A stretch of DNA of 64,000 bases from positions 2,656,059-2,720,058 of the forward strand of contig CM119270.1 of the NCBI GenBank assembly GCA_051294375.1, written 5' to 3'. The position numbers were made by a program, and so were the translations under genes. Below the pieces are notes generated by a model. It worked only from the letters and a program-made list of their open reading frames with translations, was not told the DNA's origin and made no database searches. This document shows, piece by piece, positions 25,515-38,439 of this stretch. Every line of letters starts with the position of its first letter. Positions within the stretch are counted from its first letter, which is position 1. Source of the stretch: Paraspadella gotoi. Lineage: Eukaryota; Animalia; Chaetognatha.

Positions 25515-25996
25515 TGATTTATACCATTTCAATTGCCGTTGCTGCCCCAGTAGGCAATAGCAAAACTCGTTGCAATGATCATATCGAGTCGTGACTAAGT
25601 AAAAGCGAGTAAAATCGATCCATAGAATATATTTATTTATTTTTTTTTAATTTATTTTTTATTTTTTTATTTTTTTTTTATAAAGGAAAAAAACAGGTGG
25701 TCTTGATTCTTCAACATTCTACTAACGCCCCCTCTACCTTCTTCCTCCGGCCATATTTTTTAAAAGCCCCACATTTCAGCTTAAATTCAGAATAAAGTTG
25801 GTTTTAAAGGTTAAAGATTATGTATGGGGTCAAGGATAGGAGTTGGGGATTATAGGAAATGAATTAAATATTTTATAAGAGATTAGATTTAAATATTACA
25901 GTTAAAATTAAGTTCAGGCATCCACATTAGAAACAGGGTGCTTTTGGAAAATATTGTCGAACGGCCCACCCTATCATCATCTATTGCAGCGCTAGC

Positions 25997-28033
25997 ATGT
26001 CCTTTTCCGCCATCACCGTCGTTACCTCCCCTTACATCAACATCAATATCCCATCCGTCGACATCTTCACTTTTATCAAACGTCGTCTGCTTGAGAATCC
26101 CAAAGACGTTATCTTCACCGCCGCTGCTACGGGGAAGACTTTCTCCGCCAAGAGGATCGTCGATAATACCAGTCGCATCGCCAGCGCTTTGACGAGGATG
26201 GGGTTGAGGAAGGGAAGGGAATGATGATGGAATAGATGAAAGAAAGAAAAAAAAAAGAAAAAAAAAAGCCATAAAAAATTAAAACTAAATAAAAAAAATT
26301 AAAAAAAAAAAGCCAGAAAGAAAGAAAGAACTCCCCCAACCCACAAACAGGGCGACGGCGTCCTCCTTCTCTCTCCCTCTAGCGTTGAATCGATTATCCT
26401 GTTCTACGCGACGACGGCATTGGGCGGCATCTTCGCCCCGGTTGACGCTAATCTTGGCGTGGAGGAGATCGCGTTACTTGTGGGTGAGGAAACCAGTGGT
26501 GTAAGAGGAAGCAGTTGCAAAGATCAGGGGTGCAGGGGAGGCATTGCAAAGATCAGGGGTATAGTTACTTTGGTAGCGAGTGTATAAAATTTTATGCTGT
26601 CTACATAGTATATTATTATGGATTCAAGATGGGGTGTAAGGGAGAATGTTACAAAAAATCAGGGGGGGTGGAAAAGTGTAGGGATTTAGCGGAAGATAGT
26701 TGCAACGATCTGGAATAAAGAAGGGGAAAAACAAGGGGTACAGGGAAAGGCGTTTGCAAATATCAGGGGTAAAAGAGGATAATATTTTTACACATTAAAG
26801 ACTACTGAACTACCCTCGCAACTTGGTAAAAAGGTAAAATCTTTTTTCAGAAAGAGCAAATTTAAAGATCATCGCCTGCTCTTCTCACTTCAAATCGTTA
26901 GCGATGAGAATTCGGCTCAAAAACGATGTTATAAGGTTATTATTTTTAGTTTTTTGTCATATATTTTTGGCTATATATTTTAAAAGCTCCCCATTTCTGA
27001 ATGAATTCAAAATTAAGTTATTTTTATGATTTAAAAATTAGGTTAAAGGCAAGGTTAAATATTAGGTTAGGAATTAGGTCATTTATTTGGTGAGAGATTT
27101 AGTTATTGAATTAAGGTTAGAGATTTGGGTTCAAGGTAAGAAAATATGGTTAAGAATTGATTTTAATATGTAAATTAAAAATTTAATAAATAATTATAGT
27201 TAGATATCAAGGTTAAAATAAAATCCCTAAAATCTAGAAATGGAGCTTTTTTGTAAAATAGTACCAGGGTTTTTTTTATTATTTCCAAAAGTCACGTGAT
27301 TATTCTCGACGCGCCGCTCGAGGAGCACCGCGCCAATTCTTTTGTCGTCTTTGGGGAATCCGACCCCACGTCGACGTCTTTGGATAGAGGCGTGGCGACA
27401 ACATCGGAAGTGGGCGTGTCCGAGAAGAGTTCTCGCTCAAGAATTAAAGACTCGATCGCTTACATTTGGATGTTGACTGACGACGCGACGGCGTTCAAGG
27501 CGAGAAAGAAATAAGGGTGAAGTGTATTCCGTTGGTGTTCAACCAGTAAACCAGTCAACCAGTCAACCAGTCAATCAGTTGCGGTTTTTTATCGTTATTG
27601 CGTAAAAACAAAAAATCTTACTCTTTATCTAAGGAACAGACTGACAGACCAAAAAAGCTCGCATCATCTTTCATGTCTGTTTTTCTTTTCTGTCACAGGG
27701 TCCCCCGGAAATAGATGTCTTAGACGATGTAGCTGTTGTGATGTGCTTGGGACGCGGCGGTGGCGGCGGCGGCGGCGGAGGCGGCGGCGGCGGCGGAGGC
27801 GGCGGCGGCGGCGGCGGAGGTGGCAGCAGCACGGTTTCCATCAACGGACGAGAAAGTAAGGGATGCGGACTTGGTGTAGCCTGGACACATCGCAACGTCG
27901 TCGCCAACTTGGAGCAGATTCTTCACGAGGAGATCGGATCCATTCAGCCTGGTGAGGATCACGTGATGGGGAAAAAAGATTACGTGATGATGATAAATAA
28001 ATATATATAATTATATATATCTCTCTCTCACAC

Positions 28034-28103
<70 letters not shown>

Positions 28104-30361
28104 TCTTCTCTCTCTTCTTCTCCTTCTACCCCCCCACAAGGCGACAAATTCCTCAACGCCTTCCCCTCACCCACGTCAACGCCTGACCGCCAGCGCCCTC
28201 CTCTTCCCCATGGAACGCGCCAACGTCGTCGTGGTCGCCGACTTCGATCCTCAGCGCCATCTGAGTCTCGTCAAAGACTTTGACGTCAAGGTGAATTGAA
28301 GCGATTTGGTGATTGGGTGATTGGGTGATTAGATAATGATGATTGGTGATTTTATGATTGTTGATTGGTCTTCCCACAAACCCTTCCTCACTCTCTCCCA
28401 TTTTTCTCTCTATCTCCCCCTTCCTCCCTACCATCCACCTTTCCTCCCCTCCCTTCTCCCTCCCTCCCTCCCTTCTCCTCCCACCACCCCTCTTCCTCCC
28501 TCCATCCTTTCTCCTCCCTCTCCTCCCTTCTCCCTCCCTTCTTACTCCCTCCGTTCTCCCTCCTCCCCTCCCTTCCCTCCCACCCTCCCCTCTTCCTCCC
28601 TCCCATCCTTTCTCCTCCCTCTCCTCCCTTCTCCCTCCCTTCTCCTCCCTCCCTTCTCCCTCCTTCTTCCTCCCTCCGTTCTCCTCCCTCCCCTCCCTTC
28701 TCCTTCCTCCCCTCCCTTCTCCCTTCCTCCCCTCCCTTCTCCCTCCCTCCCCTCCCTCTTCCTCAGATCGCCTTCCTCTCCGCCCATCTCGTCTCCCTCC
28801 TGGCCGAGAACCGCCTCTCTCCCCGTCCGGATCTTTCCTCCCTCATGACCTCCCTCGTCGGCGCCGGACGGATCTCGGCCGATCTGGAGGCCAATTTCCG
28901 GCGTCGAACCGGCGTCGAGGATTTTCGACAACTCTACGCCCGGACGGAAATGGGCGTGGCCGCGATGACGCCGAGAGCGCCGAGGGAGAAGATGCCGGGG
29001 TCGGCCGGGGTGCCGATGCCGAGCGCGAGGATGAAGGCGAGAGGGCGCGACGGAATGAATTAATGAATTAAATAATTAATTAATTAATTAATTAATTAAT
29101 GGATGAAGGGATGAATGAATGAATGAATGAATGAATGAAGGGATGAATGAATGAATGAATAAATAAATGAATGATTGAATGAATGAATTATTGAATAATT
29201 GAATGAATGGAGGAATGAATGAATGAATGACTGGATGATTTAATGAACGAATGAACTAATAATGAATGAAATAAATGAATGAATGAATGAATGAATGAAT
29301 GAATGAATGAATGAATGAATGAATGATTAAATTGTATTGGTGCATCCCGTCCTCTTCCCTTTCTCCCACCAGATCGTCGACCCCTCCACTCACGAAGACC
29401 TCTCCCCCGAATGCGTGGGCGAGGTCTGTTTCCGCGGCCCCACCATGATGAAGGGCTACTTGGGCGACGCGGCGGCGACGGCGGCGGCGGTCGACGTCGA
29501 CGGGTGGTTCCACACGAGAGACTTGGGGTTCTTCACTCGGGATCGACATCTCTTCGTCGTCGGGGGCGTCGACGACCTGTTGGGGAAGAAGAGCGGGTGA
29601 AGAGAGAGTTGGCGGGGAGAGGAGGGGGAAGAATAGGAGGGAGGAAGAAGGGAGGGAGGGAAGATAGGATTGAAGAAGAGGAAAGTGGATATGGATTGTT
29701 TTCACAATGTCCCTTTTCTGTAGATAATTTCATCAAAACGTATAATGCTTGGTAAAACTCTGCTTGTCAGCTTGTCAAAGCCGATGATGTGATGGTGCCA
29801 GTGATTTAAGGTGGTCGCTGCAGGTCCAAAGCCATGAGCGCCAGCTTTCCAGAGATGCCTCTCACCCAGGCATCCCAGGGCATCACACATGTCTCCCCGT
29901 TGCCATAATAGCCATATTTAATTGATGGTAATTAAGTAGATATTCAATTTAATATTGTCTGGAATTCTTTCCCAATTTTCTACGCCGTCCCCCCCGCCCC
30001 CTTTACTCTCAGTCCACCCGTGGCGCCATCTTGCATCGAGACTGTCCTGCGGACGCATCCTGACGTCGCCGACGCAGCAATAGTCGCCTTCGACGCCGCC
30101 GACGCCGCCGAAGCCGCCAACGCCGCCCCTGCCGACGCCGCCCTGACCGACAACACTTCTCGTCTCAAAGCTTTCGTCGTCTTGAAGTCGAAAGCGACCG
30201 ACGTCGATGCCGAAAAACTGATTGAGTTCGTGGCGGCCAAGACGCTCGTGGACGTCGCCCTCGGCGGAGGTGTCGTTTTCGTGGAGGATTTCCCGAGGGA
30301 CGAATCGGGGAGAGTCTTGAAGGACGTGTTGAAGGATCTGGATGGGATCTTGAGGTTTTGA
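25997..30361 (+). CDS. Firefly-luciferase/4-coumarate-CoA-ligase-like ANL protein (~629 aa) with degenerate catalytic motifs
   Basis: Exons 25997-26212, 26351-26483, 26851-26935, 27292-27499, 27699-27951, 28141-28290 (needs +2 nt), 28767-29036, 29373-29596, 30013-30361. Motifs GLRKGD, GVAWTHRNVVAN, LPLTHVNG, DLSSL, GEVCFRGPTMMKGY, DGWFHTRDLG and VAPSCIETVLRTHPDVADAAIV. Confidence 0.85.
27756..27824 (+). repeat. In-frame (GGC)n repeat encoding 23 glycines
   Basis: 69 nt of GGC/GGA/GGT codons in exon 5 of the ANL gene. Confidence 0.9.
28381..28764. repeat. ~385-nt near-pure polypyrimidine (CCCT/CTCC) intronic tract
   Basis: Almost no purines on the + strand. Lies in intron 6 of the ANL gene. 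Confidence 0.85.
29054..29326. repeat. (TGAA)n / (TTAA)n microsatellite filling a GC-AG intron
   Basis: Direct reading. Confidence 0.9.
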
Positions 30362-30807
30362 AGATTTGGGGTCTTGAAGAGGGGGGGACCTTTTGAGAAA
30401 GATCTCAAATAGAAAAAATGCTAAAGAATAATAACTTGATTGATTTTTCTAAGCTATCTCTCTCTCTTCCTCTCTCTCTCTCTCATTTTCTCTCTCCCCC
30501 CTCCACCGCAATCTGAGAGAATAACTGAGGAATGGAATTCGTTTCACAACAAAAACGCGAGACAAAAGCGATAAAAAGACCAAAGACCCAAAATGATGTT
30601 TAGGAATGTGAAACTGTGAAACTGCGAATAGAAAGAATGAATGTGAGACGAAATGAATGAATTATGACGTTTGAACAAAAGCGGAAAGAATAGAAAGATC
30701 CAGGGCGACGATAGCGACGACGACGACGACGAAAACGACGACAGCGTGTTGCACTGACGACGGTCACGGACTAAGCGTCCCGTCGAACAGCCTGTCACGA
30801 GGGCTGA

Positions 30808-30862
30808 TGTCACGGCGTTTGTCACGGCGTTTGTCACGGCGCTTGTAACGGTGTTTGTCACG
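30808..30862. repeat. 12-bp minisatellite TGTCACGGCGTT, with a related TGCCACGCCTTT array at ~30960-31000
   Basis: 4-5 tandem copies visible. Confidence 0.7.
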
Positions 30863-31157
30863 GCCCGGAATGGCACACGGGTTTTGGCGATTGCTTTGCC
30901 ACGCTTACAGCAAATTTTTGGACTGTTTGTCGACTTTTGTCACGGTCCAGAGGAGCGGCATGCCACGATTGCCACGTCCTTTGCCACGCCTTTTGCCACG
31001 CCGGTCATTCCGTCCGTCTCCGCAAACGACGCGCCCTCTACTCGTGGGATTCGAGTCGACGTCCATTAACCACGAATCTTTTGTTTTCTTTCTTCTCATT
31101 ATGAGATGAAAAAAAATATTTTTTCTCTTTTTGCAAGGACAAAATATAACAAATAAA

Positions 31158-31206
<49 letters not shown>

Positions 31207-31908
31207 CCACGGACTCGTGCTGGGATTCTCGAAGCCTTCAGGCGCCACCATCGGCGACTCTTGTCGAGCCGCTGCGGCCGAAACCGCGACGGAGTGCTGC
31301 GTCTGCGTGACTGTGGACGCCGCGCCGTCGAGACAGCGCCGCGTGGATCCGACGAGTCAGGCTCTAAATTCACATTCAAAATTCAAAAAGCAAAAAAATA
31401 TATGAAAATTTTTTTTTTTAAATTCTCGAGGCGCAACTTTTAATCAGTAACCGTTAGGATTATTACCACTATAGCAACAAGCATTGGCTAAAAAAGATTT
31501 TAGGATAAAACTGATTTGATTACTTTGTCTAGTTAGGTCGATTAATTGATATAAGAAATGAGATATAAAATTCATCCCTTTTTTGCCGACTGACTCTGGA
31601 CAATTATATCAATAGACAACAGTTGAAGGCAAAACAAGTTGTCATGATGTACGCAGTCGCTGTCGCCGCCGCCGACGCCGCTGTCGCCGCCGCCTCTGCT
31701 TTCAATATCTCGCCAATTTTGTCGTCTTCTTTATCGTTCTAGTAACGGCGGGTTGATGGCGGCTGCGGCGGGCGGCTGCGGCGGCAGCTGCTGTGGCGCG
31801 GCGGTTGTGTCGGCGTCCGAGTTCGGGAATCAGGGAAGTTCGCGTTAAGTCACAGCAGTGATTACTATTTTTGCAAACGCCGTATGGTGATAATTCCTTA
31901 GTGCACAA

Positions 31909-31993
<85 letters not shown>

Positions 31994-33018
31994 CCTCTAT
32001 TTCTCTTTCTTTATATCTCAATCCGTCTCACTCCCTTCCTCTCTCCTCCCTCCCCCCACTCTCTCTCCCTCTCCCCAATTCACCGGCGTTCAACGGGCGC
32101 CGGTGGCGCCGTTCCGTCATTCCGGACGCCAAGCGGCGTCTTTCTTCGGCGCCTTTATTATCGGCGATTGTGAAAAATCCCATATTTCTGAAAACAAGCG
32201 AGATTGCCGTCGTGGACAGCGACGACGACGACGACGACGACGACGACAATGACGGGCCATTATATTCAAAACAACGTGAAACTGAAATGTCTGTAAACAA
32301 AGGAGAGTCAGCCGATGGGAAGACGACGAAGACGACGACGATAGCAGAGACGATGAGAAAGAGGACGACGATGATGACGACGACGAAAACGACGACAATG
32401 ACGACGACAAAACGGTGAAGAACGAAGAAATAAAGCGAATTCTAAGAAAAATCAGAAGTGAAACATTGAAATTGAATTAAAACAAATAAAAACATCCAAA
32501 TGAATGAGCAGCGAGCATCTGCACAAAATATGTCAATAACTTTTGTAGAAAGAGTTATTATTGATACAGTACCTGATGGCTGAAAAGGAAAGGTCATAAA
32601 TAGACACGGAATGAAAAGTTTGATTTGTCAATGAGTAAATATTCAAATAAGTAAAAGTCAGATGATGGTTCTTCACGAAAGTTTTCTTAGACGATGGCAG
32701 GTTTAATGTCGTGCCAGGCTGCTCGCTCACTGAAAACTTAAAGCGGAAGAAACGTCAGTGATTATTTCTTAATTATTTATCAATTTATTCATTTATTTAT
32801 TTTTTCTTTCTTTCTCTCTCGTTTTCTCTCTGTCCCTCTCTCATTGAACAATTACCGTTGTTTCATTTCCGAACTGACTGTTTTTCTAACTTTTGTTCAA
32901 AAGTCAAGAAGATTAAAAGAATTTCAAAAAAATAAAACTTATCATTCTATCTGAAGGTTAATTGTAACCCCAACAAAATGTCCTTAAGCCTTGTTATCTT
33001 TCGGCTGATAGACAACCG

Positions 33019-33114
<96 letters not shown>

Positions 33115-33234
33115 TCTCCTCTCTGTCAGTAAAGCGGATACACGGGCGTGATCGACTGAATTGCTTTCTTTATTATTCATGTTTTGCCCGGGGGTCGTTT
33201 CCGAGAGCGAGAAGAAGATGAGCGAGAAGAGAGC

Positions 33235-33292
<58 letters not shown>

Positions 33293-34174
33293 GAAGAGAG
33301 GAAGAGGGGATATCGCGGGATTGCGGCGTGAATATTTTTTTTTTGGTTTCTTCTGCTCCTTTTTTTTCTTATTCATGATTTGGTTTGACGTAATGATACT
33401 CGAGTTAGTTTCCCGATGAAGAGAGATTCCCTCAATTCAGTCTTCATTTCTTCTTTTTATTTCTCATAGTTCGCGGGTGTGGAAGGGGTGTTTGAGCGGG
33501 TGGTGGGGGAGATAGGGGTTATCAGGGGATTGGGGGTAAATTTAGGGGTGAAGTGGTTTTGGTTGCGATTGGCGTCGAGAGGGGGGTCTCTTGGGCGGGG
33601 GGTGGGAGGGGGGGTGCTTGTGGTTGTGACGTTTTTTTTTCGAAAAGTCTTCACGCGAAAATAAGGATTCGTCGTCGTTGTTGTCGTTGTTGTCGTCGTC
33701 TTTGACTTAAAAGTCGTTTGCGGCAAAGATGAAGACGTCGAAGTCGACCTAATGGGTGAGATGTGATTTTTTGATTGAATGATTGATTTGTTAATTTATG
33801 TTTTTAATTAGAGGATTTGTGTAATACAAAAGCTACGGCTTTGCTATGAAAAAAAAAAACCCTTTTAAAATATTTTGGAACCTTCGAAGTTTGAACTACA
33901 AAAAAATGAGATCCGTTGACAAAATACTGACCTGTAATTAATTCAATTATTGAATTTAATTCTTCTTTTAATCGTAACTTGCTTAGCCCTCGAAATCATA
34001 GCTCATACCTCAGAATCCACGCCGCTCCTTTCATCCGCTTTCGTCTTTCAAAAGTCGAGATGAAAATTTCACGGTTTTTCTTCGCCAAACGTCGCTTCTC
34101 TCACGACTCACGTCTGGTCGACGCGTCTTCTTGCAGCATCTGGCGTTGATGTCGTCGCTTCCCAGCGCTCTTTC

Positions 34175-34238
<64 letters not shown>

Positions 34239-36524
34239 AAGAGAGAATGACATACGTTTTGAAAAACAACCGATTTTCTCTCTCGTTTTGTTGTGAAAAA
34301 CGACAGATTACCTTCTTTTTTTTCTTTCCCCTTTTTTTTTAATTGTCTTTGCCGTTTGAAAAAATAAAAATCGATGTTCTCTTTTTTTTGTTCCTCTTTT
34401 CTCGTTAACGTCATCGCCGCCAGGGGAGCCGTCGGCCCGCGCGATGGAAACGAAGCGACGATGGAAACGAAATGATGGCGGGAAAAAAACGTGAGGTCAT
34501 TTTCGTTTTTGAAAAAAAAAAAGACCTGGGATCGAATTAAAAAAACTGAACACAGATCTACAAACAATCGAATGTCTCCTTCAACGCCCAGTTTGTTATA
34601 TTGTTTTTATGGACAGAGTAGGGAGCACGTCCTCGGCCCATTCTTTTCTAAACGAAAATCTCATTTGCAACTTGTACACATTGTTTAAAATTTATATTCT
34701 TAGTTTAAACAAATTTAAAAAATCTTAAAAGTATAAGGATCTCGACAGACCTTACTATCAAAGAAAATTAATGAAAAAGTACTATAATCTAATTTGCATA
34801 TTGCAGTAAATCATAATGAAGTGGAAATTCAAACAAAAAATACTTGAATCGCTATAAAAAGGAAAATAAATACACATTTCACTGCCTCACTAATGGAACT
34901 TGATAACTAGAAACATTGTTTGATAGTTAAACCATAAACCGGCAAAAAAAAGATAGAAATTGTTTTTTATTTTTGAGAGAAGATTCTTATTGACTACTTA
35001 AGAGAAGTGGTGATCGAGTTTCGCCTCCACTATGGTACGATGATAATTATATACTGATATGATGATAAGCATTCATTGACGTTATGATAATCATTCATTT
35101 ATGTGATGATAACCATAGTGATTGATTGATATAATAGTAATTGATTGATTGATGTAATAGTAATTGATTGATTTATGTAATTGTAATTTATTGATACGAT
35201 GATAACCAAAAATTGATGCAATGATTGATGCGATAATATCATTCACTGATGCGAATTGATAGTCATTCATGACCGATGAGCTACATTCATCGTAAATAAA
35301 AAAAAGCGCGGTGTATGAGAAGAGGAGAAAAGGAAAGAGAAGAGAGTGTTACGAACTTTGGTTTCCAAACATTAAAACATATTCTGACTAATGCTCAGAG
35401 CCGAAAATAAATCCACAAAAAACTCTAGATGTAAATTTGGCAGATGTTGTGTATTGAGAAAAAGCGCGGAATAAAGGCATATAATAGTTTTATGACAGGA
35501 GCAAAAATAATCAAAATTTTTTGAAAAACGGCACGATCACGCAAGAGATCGTACAGAAAGAGACAGAAGAGAGAGAAATAGAGAGAGACCAGAGATAGCA
35601 GACAGAGAGAGAGGACAAAAGAGAGAGAGACACAGAGAGGAGAGAGAGGGAAAGTGGACAGCCTCTGGACAGCCGCTCAGAGCTGAACTCGTTTATTAAA
35701 GAATCCTGAATAGTCGTCGAACTCCTTTCCTTTCTATAATTAAATATTTAAAATAAATACTTGGGTAAAGTCATATAAAAATTTTTTGTGTAATTTGAAA
35801 GTATTAATTAAAAATGTATAAAATCCTTTGACTTGTTCCCAAACTAAATTTGTTGACTCACCCCCTTGAGAGGGGCTTCCCCTCTACTTACAGCAAGAAA
35901 AAAATAATCAAGAGAGAGAGAGAGAGAAAGATGTGAGAGAGAGATAGAGAAAGCGGACCGCCCTGCAGAGCTGAACTCGTTTCACGGAATCCTGAAGTCA
36001 GGGGCCAAACTCTTTTCCTCGTCTACTACTTAAATTAAATATTTAAAAAATCCTCAATTATTGTGCATGTTAGCCTCCCACTTCTTATCCATAATTTTGA
36101 TCGTCCAATTTTTTTTTTTACTCTATAGGTCTACCGGATCTTCAGAATCAAGAAATTGCATCTACTCTGCTGATCACATCAGAGGGACATAGCTACGGCC
36201 TATATTAGGTTGAGTTGAGCAGCGCGTTTCCATTACTAAATTCTATCTTGAAGTTCTCACCCCAGCTCTGACGGATGCGCATAGTAGCCGTTCCACCCTA
36301 TTTAGCAAAGACACTCTAAAAGAGAGAGAGAACACGACGACCGCAACTGAGAGTCAGGATCACATATTAATAAGAGGAGATATACGAGCAAGGAAGTCGA
36401 TACCGCCCGACTAGGTCCCGCTGGGACTGTAGATGCAACAAGCATTGTCAGCTAGCACGGAAAAAAGTAGAGACCTGGAGAAAAGCTCAACAGCCCTTTT
36501 ACTCTTTCTTATTAAGTAAGTACC

Positions 36525-36585
36525 TATGGCGCCCGAGGTAGCGCGAACTCCTCCCAATCTGAAGGACTCGGGTTCGCGCCCTTGT
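36525..36585 (+). mobile_element. Degenerate tRNA-derived SINE head or tRNA pseudogene
   Basis: A-box-like TGGCGCCCGAGGTAGCGCG, then CCTCCCAATCTGAAGG, then B-box-like GGGTTCGCGCCC at tRNA spacing. No intact cloverleaf or acceptor stem. Confidence 0.4.
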
Positions 36586-37335
36586 GATTCATACAAGAAA
36601 AGCGGAAAAAAAGAAAAAGGAAAAAAAGGGAGAATGGATGGTAAACTGCTGACGTCGTCTTCAATATTGGTGAGTCCACAATATATAAATATAAAAATTT
36701 TTTTGGTAAAAAAAAAAAAGAGAGAGAGAGAGAGAAAGAAGCTGGACGACGCTGCACGACGCTGCAGAGCCAGAACTCGTTTTTAGACAAATCAGAAGAA
36801 ACAGTGACTGAGAAAAAAAGAGAGAGAAAGAGAGAGCGACATATAATTAAAAGAAAGAGAGAGGGAAAGAGACATATAATTAAAAGGTTTTTGTTTTGTA
36901 AATAAAACATAAACAAATAGGAATATTGATATGAAACATGGGAATTTTAAAGATCTTGATGATTAGAAGCCATATATAAATTTTCAATTCCCTATGATAT
37001 CACACTTTTAGAAGCCATGATTGCAAAAAAGCGTGACGCAGACGACGACGACGACTACGGCACAAAGAAGCCAAAGCGAATTATTATAGAGACAGGACCG
37101 GCTTCGCCCGGTCTGTCTCGATAAAAAGATAATCTAAAGATGTTGACACATTATCAACAGGATACGGGATAGTTGTACATTGTGTTTTAAACCTATCATT
37201 ATACTATAATACTATAATAATATAAATTAAATGTTCTCACGACATTTTCCTCACTCTTTGACTAACCTTCCATCTCTGCGTCCGACCCGACCCGCGTTTT
37301 TTCCTTATTCTTCTCCCTTCGTCTCCCATAAATGA

Positions 37336-37336
<1 letters not shown>

Positions 37337-37389
<53 letters not shown>

Positions 37390-37421
37390 CTCGTCCTCGT
37401 CGTCGTCGTTGTCGTCGTCGT
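37337..37421. repeat. (TCG)n trinucleotide microsatellite
   Basis: Long near-perfect run. Confidence 0.9.
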
Positions 37422-37562
37422 CAGTGCTACTCGTTTTCTATGCAAAGTTGCGCCATAAAGAATTAGTTTTTCCATACAATTCAATGTTTTCCCGAGAATG
37501 TTCGCACGGAGAGAAAGAGAGAGAGAGGGAGGAGAGAGAAGAGAGAGAGAGAGAGAGAGAGT

Positions 37563-37599
<37 letters not shown>

Positions 37600-38257
37600 G
37601 GAAGGTGGAGATATACAGGAAGTATGAAGGACGTCAAAATGCGTGATGGAATTATAAGACTGAAGAAAAGAAAAATAAACAGAAAGAAAGAACAAAAGAA
37701 CGAAAGAAAATAAAAAAAAACCAGAAAAAACCAAAAAACAAAGGGTGACAAAACAAGGATTTCTATTTTTTAAACTCAATTATCAATAAATTTAACTTCT
37801 CGCTCTTTCTCATGTTTCTTAAAAATGTTTTTGAATATTTTTTTTTAAAATTTTGGAAGTTAAAAAAAAACAACAAAACAAAACAATGAAAAAAAAATAA
37901 AAAACGTAGAGAAAACTTCTTCAAGTTTCGCGTCTTGGGACTCAAGTGGGCGTGACAAACTCCCCCCCCCCGTCCCCCTCTCTCTCACAGACTCGTCATC
38001 GTCATCGATCGTCGTCGTTCGTCGTCGTCGTTTCAGCGGCGCCGGTCGCGGCCGACGGAGGCGCCTCTTGCGGTTGTCAAAGGCGCCACTCGACGCGACG
38101 AAACGAGATGAAAAAGCGCGCCTTTTTTTTGGCGCGAGGAGAGAGAGACGCCGCCGAAATGAGCGCCGCGCCGACGACGACGACGCCGACGAAAGAAGAA
38201 AACGCGAGATTCAATTTATCATTCATCGTCTGCTGGTACGTCATCGAGAGCGTCAAT

Positions 38258-38295
<38 letters not shown>

Positions 38296-38397
38296 AGAGA
38301 GAGAGAGAGAGAGAGGAAGAGAGTTGAGAAGAGAGAGAGGAGAGAGAAGGAGAGAAGGAGAGAGAGTAAAAGCGCCATTCGTAACGGGCGAGTTCTT

Positions 38398-38439
<42 letters not shown>

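Noticed and set aside
28336-28770. Pro/Ser/Leu-rich extensin-like ORFs
   Set aside because: Polypyrimidine intron of the ANL gene, bounded by GT at 28291 and AG at 28766.
25997-30361. Calling the ANL gene a functional luciferase
   Set aside because: The fold family alone does not imply bioluminescence, and the adenylation residues luciferase needs are missing.
36130-36480. Possible LINE reverse-transcriptase remnant
   Set aside because: Only a vague resemblance in one interrupted frame, with no diagnostic motif.
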